64,000 nt of DNA from Patellaria atrata CBS 101060. Its lineage: Eukaryota. Below are positions 49,106-59,763 of this stretch, one piece after another. The stretch lies in assembly GCA_010093705.1 (NCBI GenBank), contig MU006103.1, positions 1 to 64,000 on the forward strand. The letters run 5' to 3'. Position 1 is the first letter of the stretch. The number at the start of each line of letters is the position of its first letter. The notes beneath the pieces are model-generated. The model was not told where the DNA came from. It searched no databases and saw only the letters and a list, made by a program, of their open reading frames with translations. The translations under genes and the position numbers were made by a program.

Positions 49106-50859
49106 TTAGACCTCGATGGGTTCTTGTAAATGAACTGTTGTGTCTAGAAGGTCATGATGTGAAGTTCTAAGATGGCATATCCACTCCTCTGTATCGGTAA
49201 AGGAATGGCCGCAATTGAGATGCGGACAACCAATAGGTTGGTGAGTATTTTCGTGAAGTGACAGATCCATTATACTGTTAAATCGCTGGTATCTGTATTA
49301 GTACCTCGCTCCATAATCTACGCTTCAAGGACACTGACCTCATGGCAACTAACCCACGGACAGTGGAAAGTAGGAATCTGAACGTCTCGGTCATCTTGTG
49401 TACGAGTCTCTTGACGTCGCCGCTTGGATCTTTCCTCTGAACGCGAGTGTTCGTGAGACTTTGGGTGACAATCATTTTGCAATTCGTCGGAGAGTCTAAT
49501 AGACCGCCGTTGATGTGAGAGGTCTGACGCTACTTTTGTTGTCCAAATAGTGTCAAGACTATGAAGAGCGTTAAGATCTTCTCGCATCTGCATATTGTGG
49601 ACACGCATCAGATCTCTGAGTAGATCGAAATTTTGAGCGAATAACGAACCGCTTAAACCAGACGATTTTACATCAATCGACTCTTGAATATTTGTCGACA
49701 CTGAATTTTTATGGGTGACCCCCAGCTTACCAGCTAGTTCCGAATTTGAAGCGATTGATGCCCGGTGTTGTCCAACAGACGGACTCTGTACAATATGTCC
49801 GAGAATCATCTTCAATCTGACCAGAGCTTTGTTATCACTTTTGTCAGAAACGTCTCTTACTTCCTCAAGCTCTTTCTTTGCGGTTTGCACTGCAGGTAAC
49901 ATATCACCCCATACCTCGTCAGTATAAGCATTAAGAACACGATCCCATTCCGATAGCCAATGTTGGTGTTCAGTAGGTTTTAAAGAATGAAGCGATTGCT
50001 CTCCAATCTTACCAAACCTACTTGCCAGCTCAATCAATTCCTCAGGAAGCTGAGAGATCCCATCGAAGCCAAGTTCGACTGGACGTAGATTTAAGGGATG
50101 GTTGGTAGGCATCGCCTTGTGGTCAGATGCCGGGGGTAAGGACGATTTTATACGCTCTGCTATTTTCATTTCTTCAGAACTCATCTTATTGCTGAAAAGA
50201 TCTTCCGCATTCTGTTCTGCTAAATCATCAATACTTGATGTAAGGTCTTGCTCGAGTGACATAAAACTAGGATCTGAAAGCAGTTTGCGTACTTCGGCAC
50301 CGTCATTTTCATCAACATTAGCAGTTTGGTTAACGGTATCCCGGGGATTGAATTGCGCATGAGGTGTCGACTGTGAATTTTTATTCCCTTCATTTACTCT
50401 CTCAAACTGATTCCTCCATAGATTCAATTGTAAGGATTCGGCAATAACAGGCTGAGCTCCTGATACACTATATTCGGAAGCTAGAAAATCACTCAGATTT
50501 GAGCTCGAGGAAGGTATCAACTGTTCGTCTTTATGATGGTCTTGTGAACGAAAGGACTCTGTCACCATGGGATTCCTAGGTGACGAAGGGGTCGCTGATC
50601 GCTGTGGCAAGCTTTCCTTCCATGAAGACGTCGAATTCGAAACGACTCCGCTAAGAGGTTTTGAACCCATTGAGGAGCTCGAAGCAATGACACCAGACAA
50701 TTCTTTGGACCCAGTATCAGAGATTGCATCTCGAGCTAACCCTGAAGCTGAAGCTAGTATCCGCGAAGCGATAGATGGCTCATCTTCTGACGATACTGCT
50801 CGTTGTTTCCCCTTCCCCTTTCCTTTACTTTTCTCTGGTATATGCATTACATCATCCAT
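49106..50859 (-). CDS. Uncharacterised protein with two C-terminal C2H2 fingers (second exon not in ORF track)
   Basis: 525-aa ORF ends FHCPWVSCHE|; intron GTCAGT..CTAAT..CCAG; next exon RFNSIMDLSLHENTHQPIGCPHLNCGHSFTDTEEWICHLRTSHH...*. Confidence 0.75.
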
Positions 50860-51570
50860 CTTTGCCCTTACAATGAAATGTTCCACCCCCCTCAAACTGA
50901 ATCAACTCGGCCCCCGTAAAGGTAATTATGGTATAATCATCGGGCAATCGAATATGGCCTAAAGGTGAATATGATCGTTCGACTACGTCGTTTTGAGGTC
51001 AGTTGTGTCCCAGGCGACCTGGAATCAGTTTCGAAGACTGAATTGAATTTGAGATTCGGCTCTACATAAGAGCGAAAAGGGGACAACGTCTCTTAAAAGA
51101 ACGTCAAAAAAAAGCATTAGATATCAAGCAGGGCGGGACCCGCCGATTCACCGAGGTATGCAGTTGAGTATGGATAAACTTCGGAATGAATCAGCTCAAA
51201 ATTTCCCTTCTCATCTCAGGAACTCTGGGCTTGAACGAATACCCAATGGAACTTGGTTGTCTATGCTCTATTCATTCGTCGTCGATATTTCCGTTTCTTT
51301 GGTGTTTTTACAGCTTTGTACTCGAAATATTTGCTCAGTCCTTTATATTCTGTGCTGATACGCTTTTAAGAGAGTTTCAGAAGAATACCTCTTCCCCCAT
51401 GCCAAAGGTTGTCGCATCCTCGTCCCATCATTAATCGCAATATGATAGACCAGCCAATTGCGGATATCCGAATATGACGTATGGCGACCATACCAAGGAT
51501 GATAGACCCGACAAGCAAAATATATACATGAACTGCCACACCATAACGCCATTAACAAAACCATGCCTCT

Positions 51571-51997
51571 TCACGACTCCCAGAAAAGCCATTGGACACT
51601 CTCCTCTGATGTCGACCTAGGACTCTGCTCACTGCCGGAACTGTCTGTTGGCGAAGCAGAAGTTTCGAACTCCTGCTGAACCACCCCGAGGTTGACGAAT
51701 TGGTTTCTATGAGCCTTCCTTACGTGGTCACTACGCTTGTCTTTCCGCGGAAACGGGTGTCTGACCTCTGCTAACACGTGTCGAGGACAGCCGAGGACTG
51801 GACAGAAGAATTCTCTCCTTTTAAGATGCACTGCTTTGTAATGCCGGTCCAAGTCTGTTGCTCGAGTGAAGAGGAAGTCATTGCAACCTTTCCAAAGACA
51901 GACGTATTTATTCTCTGGGTTTGCAGAAGAGGCCGCATTCAATGAGCTAGGAGAATTAAGTAATGGAGGAGAATCAACTTTTGATAACTTACTTCAT
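51571..51997 (-). CDS. Mini two-finger C2H2 protein (~126 aa), copy 1, intact
   Basis: ATGAA|GTAAGT..TAG|C gives MNSLNAASSANPENKYVCLWKGC..FTRATDLDRHYKAVH..FFCPVLGC..FPRKDKRSDHVRKAH. Confidence 0.75.
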
Positions 51998-53397
51998 CGT
52001 CGACACCGCCTCAAGCTAAACCAGCAAAAGTGGTTCCGACGTCTGAGGCAAAAGATTGGACGGGTAGACCGGATAAGCGCGGGTTAACGGGATAGCCCTC
52101 TCATATAAGCGCGCTCAACGGGCGAACGCTTAACTGTCGAATGAAGGTTGAGAGTAATTTCTCGAAGCTGATTTGCAGTTGAATCTCTGGGCTCGTACTC
52201 CTTATCTATTCTGCTGCGATCTTATTGGCCGTTTGGAATTTCTCGTCCAAATTGATTGGCCGTGTACGCTTTCCTTCTGTTTGCAATCCTCCTCTAAGAG
52301 CTTAGGAAAATTTGGCAGAAGGCGTTGACAGGGATTAGGATACGACAGGGGTTGCAGTCTTAATACTTTCGAAATGGTGAAGAAATTCTGAGTACACTAC
52401 GTCATAGAGCGTGCGCTCAGCGTTATTTATAGCTGCAGGTTTATTTTTAGGTCGAACAGCAGCACGACGCCCTTTATAACCTATAGGTCTCATCAGCACG
52501 TGAGAAGGCCGAGAGGCGTGCTGTGTATCTTACTTACCTGTTGCAGGCTTCAACTTTGTGGACTGGACCAAGGAGTCTGTAAAATTGCCTCGAGTGGGAT
52601 AAGTGCGAAGCAGACTTTTCCAAAAAGGTTTAGCTCTTGCTCGATTTTTATATCTCATACTCACGTTCTAGGTGCGTAAGCCATATGCATGGCCACCAAA
52701 AGATCATTCTTACAGGATATTGCCTTCCAGCCTTCAGCGAATGATAGGGTGTCTATAAGGGGTAGCGTTTTTCAAATCCTCACAACATAGCCTCGAAGGG
52801 CGTCTGCATAGTATGGGCAGCTGAATTCTCAGTGGCCACCAATAAGATCAGCAACTGCATTACTCGGCTATACAGCGAATAACGAATCCTGCATATGGGG
52901 GCCAAATGCCGGTCAATTGTTCGAAGATCAACGTCCATCTACCCCGCCTGACATTGTATACGGCTTGCGTGGTCCAAGCCTTACTCTTGCCGGTTGCGCC
53001 ATTCTGCATATGCAAGAGGAGGGCCTCCACCAGGTTGCAAACCTTTATGTCTACTATGGTGCCAATATGTAGCATGCAATATCGAAGGGCGACAAATCGA
53101 TGCTCCGGCAGTTGGAGAGATGGTGAAGAAATAAGACGTTTGCTTTGCTTTATGGTATCATTTTGAAGAAACGGTGTGCTAGTTTTCTCTATCGAACCTG
53201 TTTAGAAATGGAAAACTTCTCGGAATCATCTTCATCGACGGATAAGTAGCTTTCGATAATGGCGAGAGCACCCTTTTAGCGAATTAGACATGAGATGAAA
53301 GTGGTGAACCCCCCAAGTCGAACCGCAGTCAATGAAGACCTGAAGGCCTAACAACCTCATCCCATCAAGATCATGTTGCTCAAGTGGAGGCAGCAAC

Positions 53398-53550
53398 ATG
53401 CTTATGAATTTTCCTCAAATCATCATCCCTCATATCCTCACGAGAAAACAGTTTAGCATCAGGGGCATCCTAATGACGTTTGCACACCTTCACAGGGCAG
53501 ACGAACGCTTTCTCTATAATGTGGACTGTCTTGTAATGCCAGGTCGGCGT
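53398..53550 (-). pseudogene. Mini C2H2 protein, copy 2, relic
   Basis: Manual translation: DL/HYKTVHIIEKAFVCPVKVCKRH*DAPDAKLFSREDMRDDDLRKIH; stop, frameshift and lost His ligand. Confidence 0.75.
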
Positions 53551-54139
53551 GCACAGTTAGCAATCCCCAGGATCTCCATAAGTGGTCTCTGCTAGGCAGC
53601 ACTTCCCATTCATAGGGTTGGCCAGTGCGATGACACCCATGAGCATTTAGGAGGCATGCATAGAGAAAGACCGTGATCTCTCAACTTCGAAGGGCGCCTG
53701 CATACCTTGGCTCTCCCAGTTGACGAGATCTATTCAATCGGGTTGATGATCCATATTCTCGTTAAGCTGAGGGTTCATACTAATAGCACAAGGCTGAGTG
53801 CAAAGATGAATCATCGCTTGACTGCAAGTGGTAGTAAGACGAGTTTTTGGTGTTAGATTCGAAGTAATTGACCTGTAAGCAGCTCTACAGCATTTGAGGG
53901 TGATGCGGTATACCTATGCTCATGAATTTTGATATTGCCAAGAGATAGATGTACATGGGATTGAGGTTTGAGGCTCTCTGAGTTTGGGAAACATATGTCC
54001 TTGCACGTATTATTCAGGAACAGACAACACTACTGACGATATTTCAATACAGAACCCCTAGCTGACCGGTAAAAACAGACAGCTTATCATTAAGAACGGA
54101 GCCTCAGCAGGCATTCAGAACCCCCAACCGCTCTCATAG

Positions 54140-54436
54140 TCAATTGATGTCAAACTCGACCTTTCCGTAGCCGGTGATCTTGTGCTTCTGCCTCAAGTGG
54201 TCGGTCACCTTGTCCCGATGTGGGAACGGTTTCTTCAAAGCATCTGGAACTCCTATGGAGCGAGTACAATCTTCGATATGGCAATAGAACTTGTTGACCT
54301 TTAGGTGTACGGTTCTGTGGTCTTGCCAAGCCGTAAAGCAGAGCGAAAAGATGCTTCTTACAATCCGACACATAACAGACATATTTGTTCTCCGGGTTTG
54401 GGTCCAGTTTATCTTTGATACTGGTCGTACAGGCAT
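54140..54436 (-). pseudogene. Mini C2H2 protein, copy 3, frameshifted
   Basis: PNPENKYVCYVSDCKKHLFALLYGLAR[frameshift]HRTVHLKVNKFYCHIEDC..KPFPHRDKVTDHLRQKH; shares NPENKYVC with copy 1. Confidence 0.8.
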
Positions 54437-54820
54437 CTATTAGCGTATAAAAAAAAACTCACCCAGCACCAGCAGCGCCGGTTGTCAAAAAGGGCGTGTA
54501 CAGGGCTTCGTAATCCGGCTCAGCAAAGGGCTGATGCATAGAGTCTAACTGCTCTTGCAGGATAGACCAATCAAAGTCGTCGATATTGTCGGACATTGTG
54601 AGATCGTGTGAGAGACAAGGCTGAGTTGGAAGAAAGTGTGCCAGGCTGCTAACAGAATTGGTGCGGAAACGCTGGGAATTGGGTTGGGGGGGGAGGGGGG
54701 GTTATATGGTTTTGCTGGTGAGGGCTGGGTGTCAGGGGAGTGAAAGGGGGTTGCTGAACCATTTGCAGAGGTCAGTGAGCTTGTTTCATGAGATCTACCT
54801 AAAACCACTTTTGAGTGTTG

Positions 54821-54878
54821 TGGTGAGTATCAAGTATGGTAAGTATCAAGTATGGTAAGTATCAAGTATGGTAAGTAT
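54821..54878. repeat. 16-bp tandem repeat (AGTATCAAGTATGGTA) x3+
   Basis: Directly visible. Confidence 0.9.
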
Positions 54879-55197
54879 TTCTTCATATGTTGGAGTTGGT
54901 AAGTTTGTGGATTTTCTTGTTTGTATTATCACTTTCAGGAAAATGAGATAGGATTAGGTGTTCTATAATATGTCTATCTGTTGTAGTCCCCAATTTATAT
55001 ATTTTAGTATCATTATACATTCTCCTTCCCTTTTAAATTGTCTGTCAAGTAGTTTTTCCATGGTCTTCCAATCCAATTCGAATCTCATCCGCGATGTTGA
55101 ATCAGCAGAGAGGAACAACAGCAGCTTCCTTTTCATAACATCAACCATCTCTCTTATACACCTCCCTCATCAAACCAATAATCATAACAACACGCAA

Positions 55198-58100
55198 TCA
55201 AGCATACCCTTCCTTCGTCGCACTATTCGAGAACTCAAAATCCTCAACATTCATCCTCATAGCATTTACATTGACCCTCACCGTATCCTTGACGCACCTG
55301 TCGCAGAAACTATGCTCGCACGCCATGCACTTATCATAGAGCCTCAGGCTCATCGTGAACGGCCCATCCTTGCAACTACAGCAATACACCATGACCTCTT
55401 TCGTCCCTCTCGCCCGATAACCCCCAGCACTCCCATCGTGTTTCCGCTTCCTCGAGCTCCGCAAGCTCATGTCGCTGTTGAGAAGCACATCCGAGGGGTT
55501 CACATGCTGCGCACTCCCCTCTCCCGCCATCACAGACATCGACGCCGCTTCACTACTCCCGGGACTCTGAGCCTCGTCCTCATCAATGCTATTTCCGTCG
55601 TCGAAATTCTTCCTATCCATTTCCCTAGCCACTTGGCCTTTCGTCTTGTTCGCCTCAGCGCACCACCAGTCCCGCACGTTCCGGCCCTCCTTGAAGTGCG
55701 CGTCGATGTGGTTGAAGCGCTCATCCCACGCCGCGACGCCTTTATTCTTCAGCGGCACGATGGCACCGCAGAACCCGCACCAGAACCTACTCTGGCCATT
55801 CCTACCTATCCGTGACTCGCGGAGCTGTTCGTCGCGCGCGGCCTTCGTGGACAGCGCGTGGTCGTTCTTGAGGTGCGCGTCGAAGGATTCGCGGCTGTAG
55901 TAGAGTTTGGCGCAGACGGGTTTGGGGACTTTGGGGTTGGGTGTGGAGGAGGACGACGACGACGACGGGATAGAGCACCGCCACATCTCGATCTGGAAAT
56001 GCTGGCTGTTCTCGTGGCGCTTCCAGTCATTCTTGCTGCCGAAGGATTTTTTGCACGTCGGGAAGGTGCAGCCGTAGGGGCGCGTGTGGCGCTTCATGTG
56101 CTTTTTCATGTCGCATTTGCGCCGGATGAACTTGCTGCATTTCGGGCAGTGGTCTGTGGAGGAGGAGGTGCTGCTGATGGAGGAGCGCGGAGAAGACTTC
56201 GAGCGGCTGGGTTTGGCTTGTTTGAGGAGAGAGCGGAGTTTGCGGAGGAGGTCTTCGTCCTTGGGCGATTCGGTGGTGAGGTCTATTATCTCTGGCTTCT
56301 CACTCCTTTCGGGGGCGTTTTGGCCGTTTCCATTTCCTTGCTCTTGATTATCCTGCGAAATTGCTAGACATGATAGAGGACTGGGCTTGTGGACTTGTGA
56401 TGACTTTCGTCTACTCGGTTGTCTATGAATCGCGGCCCGAACAAGCTGGAGGATTTCCTCATCTATTTTGTCCCTTGATGATGTCTGTTGTTCCCTCTCA
56501 TGATTCGTAGGCGAAGCTTCTACAGATCCTGGTGACGCAAGTTCACTGAGTTGCCGATATTTAGGTGCATCTGTCTCCTCCGAATTCAGAGATGAGCCTA
56601 CAATAGGGGGTAAAATGTCCAGGTTCGATCCGTGCGTGCTTCTCGAGGAATAATCATGGATCACTACGTCGGCTAGTGTTGCCAGCGCGCCAGAGTCCGC
56701 AGAGCTGACGGTTTCACTGCGTTGAGGAAGTGGAGAAGGTTGTCTTATCTGGTCCAAAGTAGAGAGCTCTGGATCCCCCTGACCACACCCCCGGTCAGTT
56801 GGCATCTGTTCCGCCATGAGCAGGAGAGGAGATTCACCTATTGGAGCTCGAGCACCAGTTTCAGAGCGTTCCCAATCCTGGTTCATCGGATCTGACATGG
56901 TGTATGCCGGGGGAGAAACCATCACGGAGGGGTGTGCTTGACTTACATCTCTCCAGTCTTGATTAGGTAAGGCGGGGTTATCTCTAGAATAATCTGTGAA
57001 TGACGGCCCGGATTCATTATGTTCGGATCTTATTCTAGTCAGTGAATTGCAAAACGTGTGGAAAAGGGGGGTTTTACGCTCTGATCAAAGCCGAGCTATC
57101 GTATCCAGCGTGCATCTTTTCGACGTGTCCTCTGAAAAGATCAAGTCGTCTCCAAATTTGAACTTTGATTCCGCATTCCTCGGCGGCGCATTTCCATGAT
57201 GGTCCAGGAAAACTTCTCCTTTTCTCGTCTATGCGGTCTCTTCTTGCTATAGTACTGCTAATTCCAGCATCATCCGTAAGCGACCTGAAGGGGCTTTCTT
57301 CACATTCAGACCTTATTCTGTCAGCAAATGGTATGTTTTCTGGAAAGAGGGCCCTTTACTCTTTGATCAAAACTGTAATGTTATATTCAGAGTGCATTCT
57401 TTCAAGGTGTTGTTTAAAGTTATCAAGTCGCGGCCAGACTTTTTCTTTATTTTTACATCCTTCAGCGGCGCACTTCCAGAACTTACCCGCAAGCAGATTG
57501 TGTTTGCATCTTTTGTGTCGATGTAGATCATTAATGGTCGTAAACCCCTTCTCTTGGTTCGGACATCCGGGAATGTCACATTTCCACGGCTTATTATGCT
57601 TAAGGTCGTGCTTCCTGAGCAGCACTGTCAGAATACCATAAAGATTGTTGAATGGATTCTGACCTACTTCTTATCAGAGGGGCATTTCAGGGGTTCGCCA
57701 CATACTGAGCATGGATCTAAAAGAGGCTTGCGATGGGCCAAAGATCGCGGGCCATGGGGTTGAGACGACTTTGGTAGCTTTCTCCGTTTAGGCTGGGGTG
57801 TGGGTGGAGCAGTTGGTTCTTCACAGTGAAGGTCCTGGAAAGGGATATCCAATGGTGATTGACTGGGTGCAGGCTCGAGCTCTGAAGGGTCCACGCCCTG
57901 ATTAGATCTACCTCCAGTTATTTGGGTTCCGTAGCCAGAGTCCGAATATGGACCAGTATCATTACTTCCAAATTCAGATGGTGGATGGCTGCGGTAATCT
58001 GCAAAGCTGAAGTTAGGGCTTGAAAGAGGTTGCTGGAAAACGCCAGATTGGTGTGGATTCTGTGAGAAATATGCTGATCTTTGTGAGTCCCATGGTGCTT

Positions 58101-58542
58101 CAGCATCAGCTGCAAAGCGTTCGAGGGGATCTGTGTGAGTAGTGTTGTTCTTTAAAGAAACCTGTGGTCTAGTCCCATTGACCAACGCATCTAGACTCTC
58201 CAATTTTGGATCAATTTGCAAACTCCTTCGTGAAAATACATGAGGGGAGTTTGGCACAAATAATCGGTTATGTTGTATGGCTCCGGGAAATGGACTCCTA
58301 TCTTGGAAATCATTACTGGGTAGAGATCTGGTGTCTAAGGGCGGAAGTTGAGGTGTAGTTCTTGAGTGTACGAATGAACTTGGTGACCCTTGTGAAGATG
58401 AGAAAGGGGTTGGTGGACTTTGGGTAAAGTTCTGTGATACTGTTAGCTAGATTGACCATGTTCTCTCTGCCATTCTCGCAGAGTTTACACCTACAAAGTC
58501 GTAGTCATTGTTAAATTGAGCGTAGGGGTTATGAGTATACAT
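55198..58542 (-). CDS. Large multi-C2H2 zinc-finger protein (5 coding exons)
   Basis: Fingers CSVC..KHDLKH, CDIPGC..HKRCKH, CAAEGC..HLERMH, CAAEEC..HVEKMH, CPKC..HMKRH, CTFPTC..FGSKNDWKRHENSQH, C..HLKNDH, FWCGFC..HIDAH; checked introns keep frame. Confidence 0.82.
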
Positions 58543-59763
58543 GTCCAGCAACTACTGGATGTATTAGCGACTGTACTATCCCCATACTAACGGTGCATGT
58601 CTATAGCAATAATATGACCATAGGGGAATATTCCATTCTCAAGAAGGCAATTCGGCGTTACACAGATCAGATGACAAAAGTTCAGATAGTATCGCGAATA
58701 TCATAACGAGTTTGTCCAAGATCGCGACATACCTAGAGACTATACATTCACTGGCAGCCTCAGTTTGAACGGTTCGCTCACGAGGCCAAAACTTTTTGCA
58801 GCAGACAACTTGGAGTCTTCTAAAGTGCGTCAGGACCTATGCATTAGTACTTAACAACTCCTCACCGCTCGGCGGCTCCCATGTTCTCTTCGTTCCACTG
58901 AGACCTTGCAACAGAGACGCCCGGTTTGATTGCAAGTTGGCAACACCCAGCAGATCGTATAGGTCTGCCGGAACGTCTTTTGAAAGCTCGATTTCCCCTT
59001 CCCTCGGCTCCTCATGCAAGCGCAGTAAGACGAAAACGGCGCGATGTTTAGGTCTAAGAACGAATCAAACCGTAAAAGGAAGAAGGACGACAGAGATGAG
59101 GCGGCCTAGTGTTGCAGCGATGCGCGAAATCCCGAAAATCAAGCGGCATGTGGAAGGATGAAAAAGAAGGCAATCAAATGTGGATGTTTTGCCTCATGGC
59201 TGCCTAGAGCTGCTCATGAGAAAGTGACCGGAGGCCGCCCATTCAGATCGAGCTTATCCGAAATAGCCCTTGGTGGGGTGGCTGTGTACTGATGACCTTA
59301 TTGATGTACAGAGTGCAAAAAGTAATAAATATATGCACGTAACCATCGTAACTGTGGGAGCATCCAATTGATAGTCATAGATTGATAGTATGGTGGAGTG
59401 ATGCCCAAGAACTCAGCGTACAAGTCGATATGGGATAGACTTCTTTACAGCCCCCACAAGTACGACTATATGCAAGCTTCGTGTCCATGAGCGCAAATGT
59501 ATAATTCTTGGATTCGAACTGATGGGTGTAACTACAATACTGTGAGCTCATGCAATAGGTTGAGCGTGCAGCAGTCGCAAAATGTGATAGCCAACCTTCT
59601 ATCTACTGTGCCGTCTCTGAAAATCCAGGGATATAGAACATGAAAAGAACAATAATCAGACGCCAAATCTATGCTCCAATACTGTCCTTAGTGACATCGA
59701 GACCCCTTCCCTCTATATACTCCTGTAAAAAGCCTCTTTACAAATACATATTGAATACCTTAA

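Noticed and set aside
54958..55815. 285-aa + strand ORF (and 55858-56367, 61307-61951)
   Set aside because: Antisense shadows of GC-rich zinc-finger coding exons with no recognisable motifs.
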